Shown here one piece after another: positions 48,136 through 58,058 of a DNA stretch of 64,000 nucleotides. The position numbers and the translations under genes were made by a program. The stretch covers positions 1 through 64,000 of IMG/VR virus record IMGVR_UViG_3300009314_000008; one strand, written 5' to 3'. The DNA is from a virus. Within the stretch, counting starts at the first letter, position 1; each line of letters opens with the position of its first letter. The notes beneath the pieces are model-generated. The model had not been told where the DNA came from, searched no databases, and was given only the letters and a program-made list of their open reading frames with translations.

Positions 48136-48615
48136 CTATGTATCTCTCATATAGTATTTATAGTTTTTAGGATTTTTCTTTATCCCCGGTCTTTGATAAT
48201 GTCTCCTGAAATTTTCTATATCAGTTTTTTTATCAGCATATGCTCGCATTCTCTCCATTCTCCTTTTATTTGGAGTAAATGCTGCACCTAATCCTATTCC
48301 ACTTAATAGCGACGATCCCAATATAATAGGTAATTTGTATTTTCCTTTTATTTTTGACCCGGACATAAGACTACTAGATATTGTGCCACCCAGTCCTCCT
48401 CCTAATATCCCTCCAGCGACCTGCCTATTTTTTTTGTATACTTTAGGCAGATTCCTATATCTATTTATCCTTTTGTTCCTCAATTCATCAGATAATTCCA
48501 GATATTTATCGCTTGTTATTTCTTTTGCTTTTGTTGGGGTATACCCTCTATACTCACCTTTGTTGGATACTCTCATCAATGTAATGGCTTCTTTTACTAT
48601 TCTTGGACATTTCAT
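48136..48615 (-). CDS. leader-bearing cargo protein (MKCPRIVKEA), basic, two Gly-rich hydrophobic segments
   Basis: AAGGAG RBS; leader motif. Confidence 0.75.
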   Translation of the reverse strand: MKCPRIVKEAITLMRVSNKGEYRGYTPTKAKEITSDKYLELSDELRNKRINRYRNLPKVYKKNRQVAGGILGGGLGGTISSSLMSGSKIKGKYKLPIILGSSLLSGIGLGAAFTPNKRRMERMRAYADKKTDIENFRRHYQRPGIKKNPKNYKYYMRDT

Positions 48616-48695
48616 TTTATTCTCCTTTATTTTTTCAATCCAGTATATCGTCTTGGATCGTATATTCCTTATATTTAATCATATATTCTCCAAAA

Positions 48696-48827
48696 TTATT
48701 TTTTGACTGATCCTAAACCGTGTTGGATAAGAACATTGTTATTCATTGATTTTCTAACAGTCCTTTCCTGATGTGGCTGTAAGACGGTTTTAGTTGCTGC
48801 CATTTTTACAGATGCAGGACATTTCGT
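48696..48827 (-). pseudogene. leader plus SF2 helicase N-terminal remnant (ACG in place of ATG)
   Basis: (T)KCPASVKMA-ATKTVLQPHQERTV..VLIQHGLGSVKK*: Q-motif and broken Walker A. Confidence 0.55.
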
Positions 48828-48869
48828 CTTATTTTTCCTCTCGTTTTATATGCCTAATCATCTTAAAAC

Positions 48870-49139
48870 TTAACTAGATTTATCTTTTTTTAATGTTTGT
48901 GCTCGTCTCCAACCTGACATATATCCAAGATGATAACCTATTGAACCAGGTATCGTTAGTAGCCCAGCGTAATTTTTAAATTTCAGTCGTTCCGGATTTT
49001 CTTTTCTGCTGATAGCTCCTTCCCTAAATCCCTTTTTCTTACCTTCTCCATGACCTATCAAAGAAGGTGTTCCAAATAACGACAGATCGATGGCAGGACC
49101 TACGAGAACGGCCATTTTAACTATTTGTGGACATTTCAT
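48870..49139 (-). CDS. leader-bearing small cargo protein (MKCPQIVKMA)
   Basis: AAGGAG RBS; leader motif. Confidence 0.75.
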   Translation of the reverse strand: MKCPQIVKMAVLVGPAIDLSLFGTPSLIGHGEGKKKGFREGAISRKENPERLKFKNYAGLLTIPGSIGYHLGYMSGWRRAQTLKKDKSS

Positions 49140-49153
49140 CTTATTTCTCCTTT

Positions 49154-49654
49154 CTAAACTCCAGACACAACGTAGGGCTTACCAACTAAGGGTTGTTTAC
49201 CTAACACTATGTGTGCAGGATATTTTTTATTCTTAATTATATTATGTTTTATCTTTATACCTTTTGGTTTTATTGCTTTTAACTTCTTGTAGCCAAACCT
49301 TCCTCCAACTCCGATTGCAGCACCACCTATAGTTCCTTTGACAACATTTCCACCGCTTATGCCCGATGATATTCCACCGACAGATCCACCAACAATACCT
49401 GCTTTTGTATATGGATTTTTCCATATATGTTTAGCGATGGGTTTAAATGCTTTTAATGCGGCAACTATTCCCGCTTCCTTCAGTACTATTGGGCATGCCA
49501 ACTTAATCCCATTATCGGTTTTTCTCTTAGTTATTGCTGGTGCATATCTTGCCCGGGAATTAGTTATTGTTGGCGTTTTCATCACAACAGATTGTCCGGC
49601 CTTTAATGCTTTACTATACAATAGACCCTTATCATAATTTATCATATTTACCAT
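49154..49654 (-). CDS. basic protein with internal leader (KLACPIVLKEA) and glycine-zipper segments
   Basis: GIVGGSVGGISSG and GTIGGAAIGVGG. Confidence 0.7.
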   Translation of the reverse strand: MVNMINYDKGLLYSKALKAGQSVVMKTPTITNSRARYAPAITKRKTDNGIKLACPIVLKEAGIVAALKAFKPIAKHIWKNPYTKAGIVGGSVGGISSGISGGNVVKGTIGGAAIGVGGRFGYKKLKAIKPKGIKIKHNIIKNKKYPAHIVLGKQPLVGKPYVVSGV

Positions 49655-50346
49655 CCTATTAGTTTATATTTAAACATCAGTCCAACCGTTGTTGTATTCC
49701 CCTTTAATCCAATTCCATATCTTTCATCAAAGATGATATCTATGCCTACAAAACCATCTAATCTCTGTTTATTATTATTAACTTCTGGATTATAATCATA
49801 TTGGGTCTCCCCTACGAAGAATATCTGTCCTTTATCAACGGTTTTAATATATTTTCTTTCCCAATTGAGCCTCACATTTTTTATCTGATATCTCAATTTA
49901 TCAAAGATATACATTACTCCATCTTTATCTAGATTTACATCAATATCTATCCACTCATGAATATCAAATTGCAGAGTATCCCCTTCGGCTGTAAAGAGTT
50001 TTCGCACTTTTATTGCATTATCGCCACTATAATCTAATGTGTGGGAAGCAGCATTAGCCACCATGAGAGTATCATAAATAGTTTCTCCATCTTCTGTGAC
50101 AATAATTGATATTGTATCCTTGATAATCTTGGGATTAGTAAATAGCGAATCTGCTATCGATTTCCAATTATTCGCCTGATGAGTAACCGCACTTATACTC
50201 TCCGTCAAGGAATCCACCTTGCTATCCATAAACACAAGGTCTTCCTCTTGCCTAACGATTGTATCGTTTACACCATTTCGATAGGCAAAGTGATAAATGC
50301 TGCCAGTTAGCACTACTATAATAAGCACGATTATCTTAACATCCAT
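49648..50346 (-). CDS. membrane-anchored coiled-coil protein with beta-rich C-terminus (spanin-like candidate)
   Basis: N-terminal TM helix, coiled coil, C-terminal amphipathic strands ending in W. Confidence 0.45.
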   Translation of the reverse strand: MDVKIIVLIIVVLTGSIYHFAYRNGVNDTIVRQEEDLVFMDSKVDSLTESISAVTHQANNWKSIADSLFTNPKIIKDTISIIVTEDGETIYDTLMVANAASHTLDYSGDNAIKVRKLFTAEGDTLQFDIHEWIDIDVNLDKDGVMYIFDKLRYQIKNVRLNWERKYIKTVDKGQIFFVGETQYDYNPEVNNNKQRLDGFVGIDIIFDERYGIGLKGNTTTVGLMFKYKLIGW

Positions 50347-50417
50347 TACTTCTCCTTTCTTTTTTGAGCCATCCTCCGGAAGACTTTCGCCAAATTATAG
50401 CGCCTTGTCTTTGGTGG

Positions 50418-51299
50418 TCAAGTAGGTCCACCAAAGTTTGCTCCAGAACACACACCTTCCGTACCTCGACTTTTAATGGATTTATTTGCTGATTGTATCC
50501 ACCTTTTGGTTGCTTCCTTTAATACCCATGGACATAAAGCCTTCTTTTCTATAAGTAAATGCATAGATTTGCCCCGCGCCATCTTCAATATATTGGGATA
50601 CGCTAATTTCTTAAACCAATCCGTTTTTGACACATCATCAAATGCTCTATTGATTGTTTTAGCAATTTCCTCATTGCCTCCTTTGTCGGGATGCACTTTC
50701 CTCATCGTTGCCCAATAAGCTTGTTTTACCTGACTTTTTGAGTTAACTCCTTTCATCTTTAATCCGAAAGTACTTAAATTCTTTTTTATGGTAGCCTTTG
50801 GAATGTTCGGCGACCCTGAGTATTGTTGATATGCACGCCTGAAACCATCATATGATGCGCCCCGCAATTTTGCGTGATTGTACGGGATAAAAGATCCTGC
50901 CAACATCCCTAATCGTATACCCACACCCACAGATTTTTTCAGTTCATTTTTATTTCGTCGTGTTCTATTAGAATAAAATTGTTTAAATGTCGCTGATGGA
51001 TTCTTTTTTTTATACCTTCCCCATTGGTTTTTAAGAGTACCAGCATATGATAGCCCACCCCCTACTGCGCTACCTCCTCCTATTCTAATGGCCATTTGCC
51101 TCATAACCTCACTTTGTAGTGAAGCCTTTTTTGGAAGCCCCTTTCTCTTAGTTTTAGCAAATTCCCTGATTTTTTCTTTGGGCATTTTCTCGTATATCTG
51201 CCTAGCCGGACCATGTAATGCAGAGACTGGTATTTCGCCCTTTTTGGCTGCATAGACAAGTCCCATTAATTTTTGTTGGTTCTGACTGACACTGGGCAC
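50418..51299 (-). CDS. multidomain cargo protein with a DnaJ-type J-domain; TGA probably premature (frame continues to 50346)
   Basis: GTG start with AGGAG; N-terminal PSVSQNQQKLMG..TKRKGLPKK module; KQAYWATMRKVHPDKGG; internal KLAYPNILKMA and LCPWVLKEA. Confidence 0.7.
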   Translation of the reverse strand: MPSVSQNQQKLMGLVYAAKKGEIPVSALHGPARQIYEKMPKEKIREFAKTKRKGLPKKASLQSEVMRQMAIRIGGGSAVGGGLSYAGTLKNQWGRYKKKNPSATFKQFYSNRTRRNKNELKKSVGVGIRLGMLAGSFIPYNHAKLRGASYDGFRRAYQQYSGSPNIPKATIKKNLSTFGLKMKGVNSKSQVKQAYWATMRKVHPDKGGNEEIAKTINRAFDDVSKTDWFKKLAYPNILKMARGKSMHLLIEKKALCPWVLKEATKRWIQSANKSIKSRGTEGVCSGANFGGPT

Positions 51300-51300
51300 G

Positions 51301-52017
51301 TTATTCTCCTGCATAGAATAATGGATTTATTCCAGCTTCAACTAATACTGTTATTTTACCCGGATTAGACGCACCGCTGACTACTTGTATTTCAATGTCT
51401 GATTTACTCTCAACTATTATTGGTTCTTCTAAATCTATTTCTGCCACTCCATTCAGGAGGGACACAGATAATTCCCGTTTAAATACTTTCCCAAAAGGTC
51501 TTACATTCAAAGACATAAGCGAACTCCCATCATCTGCACCCGCTTCTGACAGAATAATCTTTTTAATGAAGATCCTTTTCTTATTGGGCACTGTATAGAG
51601 AGCCATCTCACTCTTATTTTTTCCGGTTTCTATCATACCTCTAATGTTGTTATCATTAGGTATTCCGCCTGTCGGAGCAGATTCGGTACCGATATATATG
51701 TCGCCAGCATTATTGGTGTCTCCTATATTCTCTATACTAAACACCCTTCTCCAAGAATTATCTTCTCCAATTTTTACCCCGGTTTGCCCCGAAGATGTAA
51801 CCTCTACCTCTTGATAAACATAATTAGCATCTACCCCTGTCACTTTATAATCCTGATCATCTCCGTTATCAGAGCTGGACAAATATAATGTTTCTGATAC
51901 AGAACCATAAATATATTCCATATTATGTGGCCAAACAAGTTGATTTACATCTGTTGTCAGATTCCCAGCATATCCTTTTATTTTTATAGGTTTCATACCC
52001 GCGAATACTTTGCTCAT
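51301..52017 (-). CDS. beta-rich putative virion protein
   Basis: SSSDNGD, GVDANY, WRRVF, MALYTVP motifs; downstream of the portal gene. Confidence 0.5.
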   Translation of the reverse strand: MSKVFAGMKPIKIKGYAGNLTTDVNQLVWPHNMEYIYGSVSETLYLSSSDNGDDQDYKVTGVDANYVYQEVEVTSSGQTGVKIGEDNSWRRVFSIENIGDTNNAGDIYIGTESAPTGGIPNDNNIRGMIETGKNKSEMALYTVPNKKRIFIKKIILSEAGADDGSSLMSLNVRPFGKVFKRELSVSLLNGVAEIDLEEPIIVESKSDIEIQVVSGASNPGKITVLVEAGINPLFYAGE

Positions 52018-52026
52018 TTTTTCTCC

Positions 52027-54795
52027 TTACTTATCTAAATCCATATTTGCTATTATTTTTTTATATAATGTGGGATTTATGTATCGAAGTTGCTTTAGCA
52101 TTTCTACCCTGTCGGTTTCATTATAACTTTCCTGAATCTGTAGAGCCATCTCCTTGGCAACATCGTCTTCCCCCGTTTTAATCAAGGTGTTGTCCTTTTC
52201 AATTTTCATGAATTGATCTAGATTGTCGGATATCATCTGCTTAAACTCATCGGGGAACTTTTGAACTTCCTTTACAAACTTGCCGAATTCTGGTGTTCCT
52301 TCGAGTTTAATCATCCTGGATGCATAGGCCGCGGCTTGTTGCTTAATGAACATTCGGCTTTCCAGTTCGGTTTCTACATCTTTGGCGATATCTGGACGGT
52401 GAGCCTCAATCTCCTCAACTATATCAGATATTTCATTGTCGTCTGCATTGGCTAATCTATCTGCATAGCCCATTGTGGCCATAGCATCCGCAGTTTCTTT
52501 AACTTTAGCGAACCTCTCCGAAGATTCCTGCATTAATTGCTGTTTAAAATATTCTCTCTCGTCCTGATTTAATCTATTATAGGTTGTAGCAGACAAATTT
52601 ATACTCTGATCTTCTGCTCTTTCTTCGTCCATTCTTTTAATACGTTCTTTCTGCAAGTTTGGATCCATTGTGACCGTTTTCTCTATTTGTTCTTCATCCT
52701 TTTTCTTCTTATATATATTTTCCAGTTGCTTATTGCGTTCTTCTTCGCTTAATTGGGACAATTCCTGTTTAGTCTGGGGATCAAGATTGTCGTTAATGGC
52801 CGACATTTCCTGTTCTATAGCAATTTCTTGAAGACATTTCTTTCTGTCATCGTACTTCATGCCGATCAATTCCAGTTGTTTAGTTTTTGGCAATTTTTTA
52901 TAAATCTCCATCAATTGACGGTATTCTTCGGCCATCTGTCTCTTATAATTAACCTCATCTCCCTTGAGTCCCATGGCTTCCATCTGATTCAATTCCAATT
53001 TCATTGATCGTTTTGCATCTCTATACTGCTGATCAGATTGTATTTTGAGACTTTCCTTCATATGTTCTAAAGAACCATCCATCTCATTAATCCGCCGTTT
53101 ATTCTGAACATCCAATTGATAATCCAACAACTTTTTCTTGGATGCAATATCCATTTTCATCAATTTCTTATGTTTATCAATAGCGGCCTCCATTTTATCG
53201 GATTCAATGGCGGCTATAGATAACTGATCTTTCAGGGCTTCTCGACGTTCAGTTTCTTTTATTTTCTTCTGTCCAGATAACAATACTTCTTGGAATTCAA
53301 CTTCACCCTGGGCTTCGAGGCGTTTCTGCATTTTTTTGAAATAGATTCTATCCTGTTTAGTGGCTTCTATTTTTGATCTTTGTGCTCGGAGATCAACACC
53401 AAACCGACTATAATATAATTCCGGAGATATATCTCCGTTCACCATACCCTTTTCGAGAAAAGTTGACTCCGCAAGGGCCTCGACCAACCTGGGCATTTCC
53501 AAAGTCAATTCGACCTTATCTTTTACATTCTGCGATGAGTTTATTTTCTCGGCTATAAAATCTAATAATTCCTGGACTAACATTCCGAATTGTTTAAATG
53601 TATTTTCGAGAATAATCGCTGATACATTTTGTCGTGACCATGTTACTCCACCGAATATAAACTCAATAGGTACACCTATTGTGGCCAATATGTCCGACAT
53701 GTTCTCGCGCAATTCTCTTCCGAGCACGAGAAGTTTGCCGGCTCCCCAAAAGTCTTTACTGCCCATTTCAATAGGCATCACCATTACATGTTTATTATCT
53801 TTTTTCCATTTTTTATATTGTGAGAGAACGCTCTGTCGCCAAGTCAACGAATTAATAGTTTGAGTCCTTGGTAGATGACCTCCAGATTCACCTCTCCAAA
53901 TAGGATAAAGCATCCGGAACGGAACCATCAATTCTTCGGCAACATTAGCGTTTGCTTGGACATACTTCATTCTTGTATAGAGATCTTGGAATGCCATTAC
54001 CATGGGTGGAATTGGCATCCCTTGAATATTCATTGTCGGAGCCTCAAAGATAAATAGTTTGCTGGGATTGATGACTATCCTGCGATTTTTCAATGCCGCT
54101 CTTATATATATCTGAGGCGTTGTACAAAGAATATAATGATCACCCCTGCGTATCAGATTACGCATTTCTTTATCAATATATAATTTATATTGTTTTGTGT
54201 CAGTTATTTTATTATAAACTGCTTCAATATTGTTAGGTGACCATACTGCTATAGACATTCTTTTTAAATTTGAACTATCTTTTCTATCTCTCATCTTAAA
54301 GGATGCATTTTTCCCATAGGCAGAACACTTTTTGTTGCGGCATTTATATTGAATCGATCCTTCTCCCGAACTATCCCATTTATATTCTGGGTCTCCTGTA
54401 TGTGTGAGATCTTTTAACAAATACGTATCTCCACAACTTTCACACACAATAACCTTATCAATAGCATACATCGGAAAAACAGCACTTATCCCATATATAT
54501 CATAATCACGACATGTCTTCACTATTTTTTCTCTTAATTTAATCACCCTGATCATCTTTTTGGCTCTATCCTCAAGTTCTGGATTATTACTTCTGATTTT
54601 AATATCCTGGATGGCAAATCTTGCCTTCTTGAGTATAGCCGTCCCAATCGCTGTATGGGTAAAGAAAAACTCCGCATAGCGATAATAGGTCTTCGCTCTA
54701 ACGGGGACAACTATTCTGTCCATGTTCAGGTTGAACACCAAATTCTTGATTCTGCTTGTATTATAGCTGCCTTCAGTAACACTATCTAATGACAT
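52027..54795 (-). CDS. portal protein with Zn-ribbon insert and long helical C-terminal extension
   Basis: Synteny terminase-X-portal-protease; VPFRMLYP, IGVPIEFIFGGVTWS..ILEN; CESC..CRNKKC. Confidence 0.7.
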   Translation of the reverse strand: MSLDSVTEGSYNTSRIKNLVFNLNMDRIVVPVRAKTYYRYAEFFFTHTAIGTAILKKARFAIQDIKIRSNNPELEDRAKKMIRVIKLREKIVKTCRDYDIYGISAVFPMYAIDKVIVCESCGDTYLLKDLTHTGDPEYKWDSSGEGSIQYKCRNKKCSAYGKNASFKMRDRKDSSNLKRMSIAVWSPNNIEAVYNKITDTKQYKLYIDKEMRNLIRRGDHYILCTTPQIYIRAALKNRRIVINPSKLFIFEAPTMNIQGMPIPPMVMAFQDLYTRMKYVQANANVAEELMVPFRMLYPIWRGESGGHLPRTQTINSLTWRQSVLSQYKKWKKDNKHVMVMPIEMGSKDFWGAGKLLVLGRELRENMSDILATIGVPIEFIFGGVTWSRQNVSAIILENTFKQFGMLVQELLDFIAEKINSSQNVKDKVELTLEMPRLVEALAESTFLEKGMVNGDISPELYYSRFGVDLRAQRSKIEATKQDRIYFKKMQKRLEAQGEVEFQEVLLSGQKKIKETERREALKDQLSIAAIESDKMEAAIDKHKKLMKMDIASKKKLLDYQLDVQNKRRINEMDGSLEHMKESLKIQSDQQYRDAKRSMKLELNQMEAMGLKGDEVNYKRQMAEEYRQLMEIYKKLPKTKQLELIGMKYDDRKKCLQEIAIEQEMSAINDNLDPQTKQELSQLSEEERNKQLENIYKKKKDEEQIEKTVTMDPNLQKERIKRMDEERAEDQSINLSATTYNRLNQDEREYFKQQLMQESSERFAKVKETADAMATMGYADRLANADDNEISDIVEEIEAHRPDIAKDVETELESRMFIKQQAAAYASRMIKLEGTPEFGKFVKEVQKFPDEFKQMISDNLDQFMKIEKDNTLIKTGEDDVAKEMALQIQESYNETDRVEMLKQLRYINPTLYKKIIANMDLDK

Positions 54796-54852
54796 TACCT
54801 ATCTCACCTTGCTTTTGCCGCCGAAAATATCATCCGCTTTCTTTAATATCCT

Positions 54853-56199
54853 TTACTTTTTACGCTTTTCATTAATATAGATTGCCAGATCAGATTTGAA
54901 GTCATGTTCTTTGTCCATCTTATCTTGATCTTCTACCACTTTTGCTCCAGCTAACATTCCAGTTTGAACCGCTTTGCTAATAGACTCTGAATTCAATGGA
55001 GGGGTATAATTTTTACCCGCAGATATCATCTGGTTAATATTTCCAGAATCCATTGTGCCGGTTATGTGGTGCTTTTTCAGTGTCTGCGCGAGGGCGTATG
55101 GGGCTGTAACCAATACTGGATTCAAATTAGTTACAGTCTCATAGATGTCATGATACTCAGATGGAGGTATTTCCTGCAGTCCGGGGAATCGATTAGGAAG
55201 CGATTTCTCCAATTTCCTAGTTCGGATTTTCTTTGTCACATCATTGATGATATCAACGCCTTTGGTTGCAGCTATTTGGGCACCAACTATTGCGGCCAAG
55301 TATGCTAATGGCTTTTCCTGGAAAAATATTTTCGCGGCAGTGTTGACTCCTGCATATTTTTCTAACCCTTCTTGCAATACGCTGGCTATAATAAATTCAT
55401 GCTGGAGATACTTATCAATCATGGCTGCCCTTTTCTCGCCACCCTCTTTCTGCAACATATTCATCATATTTAGATGGGCGATCTCTCGCTTGATAATCTC
55501 ATCGCTATATCTTAAAACTTCATGAGCAGACTTCGCCAGTTCATTATCCGTTAATTCAACGGGGTCAGTATTGGTATAATCTGGAACATTGAAATCCACT
55601 TGATCAATATAGCCTTCGGTCTTTAAATCGTCTAATAATCCAGTAAAATACTTTTTCAGTTCCTCTTCATTATTCTTGCCCCAAGACTCATATAGCGTTC
55701 TGTAAATATCATTAGCAGATTCTCCTGCCTGCAACAGGGCAATAATGGTGTTCTTTATATGGGCAAATATATTATCTCTTTTATTTACAAGAGACAATAA
55801 GTCGTCAGCATTCTCCTCGGCAGCATCAGCTATTTTCACAATATTATGGATTGGATTTATTTTAGGGCTTGGCTCATTGGCTACACTACCCAGCAGTTCG
55901 GATGCCGTTTTCATCCTTTTACCCTCAATCACTTTTGCCTTTTTCTCTACTAATGGTCCAAGTTGAGTATAGTCTGCCTTTTCAAACTTAAATGTCAGTG
56001 TCCCATTTCTATCTTTTTCTCTGGCGAATTTAATATGGTTCATCCGGGCCCCTACATTTTCTGCCTGGACGGGATTTAACCCATAATCAATCGCTACTTT
56101 TCGGAGAGCATCAGTTAGGGAAATCTGATTATCCTCAGCAACATCTACCCCTGCTTTAGCCACTCGCTCAACAAAATGTATATTGTTTCCCGGGTTCAC
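54853..56199 (-). CDS. KxA-rich internal head or prohead protein
   Basis: KVA, KTA, KIA, KSA, KRA, KYA motifs; LNPVQAENVGARMN. Confidence 0.55.
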   Translation of the reverse strand: MNPGNNIHFVERVAKAGVDVAEDNQISLTDALRKVAIDYGLNPVQAENVGARMNHIKFAREKDRNGTLTFKFEKADYTQLGPLVEKKAKVIEGKRMKTASELLGSVANEPSPKINPIHNIVKIADAAEENADDLLSLVNKRDNIFAHIKNTIIALLQAGESANDIYRTLYESWGKNNEEELKKYFTGLLDDLKTEGYIDQVDFNVPDYTNTDPVELTDNELAKSAHEVLRYSDEIIKREIAHLNMMNMLQKEGGEKRAAMIDKYLQHEFIIASVLQEGLEKYAGVNTAAKIFFQEKPLAYLAAIVGAQIAATKGVDIINDVTKKIRTRKLEKSLPNRFPGLQEIPPSEYHDIYETVTNLNPVLVTAPYALAQTLKKHHITGTMDSGNINQMISAGKNYTPPLNSESISKAVQTGMLAGAKVVEDQDKMDKEHDFKSDLAIYINEKRKK

Positions 56200-56210
56200 G
56201 TCTCCCCCTC

Positions 56211-56369
56211 TTATTTTTTGTTTTCTTCGGCTTCAGTGGTTTCTTGTTCTTTTTTTGCTTCTTCTTTCAAGATGGGGATAATTTGATTAATCTCACCCTT
56301 AGCTATCTTTTCTATCGCATCATCATATCCTTTTTTTACAATTACTTCCATGAAAATATCTTCTTTCAT
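56211..56369 (-). CDS. small acidic protein (52 aa, MKEDIFMEV..GYDDAIEKIA)
   Basis: GGAGG RBS; KxA motif; not in ORF track. Confidence 0.6.
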   Translation of the reverse strand: MKEDIFMEVIVKKGYDDAIEKIAKGEINQIIPILKEEAKKEQETTEAEENKK

Positions 56370-56424
56370 TCTTTCCTCCATTATTTAATCTTTACTTTTA
56401 ATTGACCATTGTTTTTTTGTCAAT

Positions 56425-58044
56425 TTATTTTTTTACTCTATATTCTAATTCGTCAAAATGGTATTTCTTCACTAATCTCAATATAACCAAATTCTGGAAA
56501 AAGTCATCTGTGCCTGACTTCCCATATCTGATTTTTCTTTTTCCAGTATCGTGATATCGATAGACGTTTGTCAAGTCTTTTGCATATTCTGAGGTCTCCC
56601 CAGGATATTTTGCAAATTTGTATTCACCTTTTCTCACAATATCGTCTATTAATCCAGTCATTACCGTTGATCTCGCCATTACCCATTTCTCGAATTCTGG
56701 ATAATATGCCACCTTCTCAGCCAACTCTCCTACATATTCAAATTCCATCGTCCTCTTAAAACCAAGTATTTCTATTATCCGGATATTTTCTTTGTGCCCA
56801 GCACCATAATCCATTCCGAGAATCAATACATTAAAGTGGTTTACCCAATAGACAACATCGTTAATTATATCATCTGGAGATCCATCTTCTCCCTTTCCAT
56901 AATATCTTCTGACGAAATTTATATTAATCTTGCGCGACCCAGGATCGTATGATCCTATCGTGAGCATGGTATAGGACTTTATTTTCGACAATTTTTTCCG
57001 CGGGTCATCTTCTACAGCCCAATCCAATGCCGCAAAAGAATACTCCTTCATTTTTTTAGTAATTTCAGAAGGATCTTTTACGTATTCCCTATCGCTATCG
57101 CATAAATATACTACCCTCTGCAATGTTATAGGATGTATATTGTCTGAAAATGATAACCCTAGAACTTCATTATGGAAATCAACCTCATCTTTTTTATTAT
57201 AATCGTATAAAATTGTATCCCAATCTGAAGCAAAGGGTGCTTCGGGGGGGATCATCAACTCGTTAATTGAAAATCCCTCGAAAGGTCTTCCGGGATGCGC
57301 CTCTACCCATTCTCCCCACCATGTGCTAATTCTCTTATGACATTTTTCGCAGATAATACCCTTAAGACCCATATTCTTTATGCCAAGCCCGACATTCCAA
57401 TGGCCGCATGCCCTACATTTAATCGCCCATTCACATCCTGTTGAATCATCGAATGTCGTTTGGATTCTATTCTCCGGTTGCATCGGCGTTCCCGTCTTAA
57501 GCATATATTTATATTTAGACCTTTTCAGCGCAAACTCAACAATACTAGCGTGCTGTTCAGGAGTATCTTGCATCTCGTCCTCAATATAGCAATCACCGAT
57601 AATTCCCCGAGCAGATAGTGGCGACACATAAATATTAGCTAAGAGTATTCTTGAGCCGGTCAAGTAGGATTTGTTTTTTACTTGTCTTTCGTTTAAACGA
57701 GGGTCGTAATAAATAACATCCGTGACCACAGAATCCCGGTTAATCCCCTTCAGAATGTCTGTTGAAAACCGACTCACCTGGGCATCGGTAGGTAAGGTTA
57801 TAATAGTATTAAAATATTTATGTTCAATCGCGAATCCGGTAGCAAGAATTGCGGCATTTGTTGATTTGGCTACTTTACGCGAACATTTTAGAATCACCCG
57901 GCGTTGAACTTGAGGAGATTCAAGGGTAAATCGAGAAGTATTAATTATAGGTATCCAAAAGGGTAAATATTTGAAAGAGAGGGCATCTCCATCAAGTTTA
58001 AACCATGCTTGGTATAAATCGCTCCGAGTTATTGCTTTATTCAT
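56425..58044 (-). CDS. terL: terminase large subunit
   Basis: ILKCSRKVAKST (Walker A-like), YIEDEMQD (Walker B), TGTP (motif III), CxxC pairs, FHNEVLGL, AALDW nuclease Asp, GTDD. Confidence 0.88.
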   Translation of the reverse strand: MNKAITRSDLYQAWFKLDGDALSFKYLPFWIPIINTSRFTLESPQVQRRVILKCSRKVAKSTNAAILATGFAIEHKYFNTIITLPTDAQVSRFSTDILKGINRDSVVTDVIYYDPRLNERQVKNKSYLTGSRILLANIYVSPLSARGIIGDCYIEDEMQDTPEQHASIVEFALKRSKYKYMLKTGTPMQPENRIQTTFDDSTGCEWAIKCRACGHWNVGLGIKNMGLKGIICEKCHKRISTWWGEWVEAHPGRPFEGFSINELMIPPEAPFASDWDTILYDYNKKDEVDFHNEVLGLSFSDNIHPITLQRVVYLCDSDREYVKDPSEITKKMKEYSFAALDWAVEDDPRKKLSKIKSYTMLTIGSYDPGSRKININFVRRYYGKGEDGSPDDIINDVVYWVNHFNVLILGMDYGAGHKENIRIIEILGFKRTMEFEYVGELAEKVAYYPEFEKWVMARSTVMTGLIDDIVRKGEYKFAKYPGETSEYAKDLTNVYRYHDTGKRKIRYGKSGTDDFFQNLVILRLVKKYHFDELEYRVKK

Positions 58045-58058
58045 TAAATATTTCTTAC

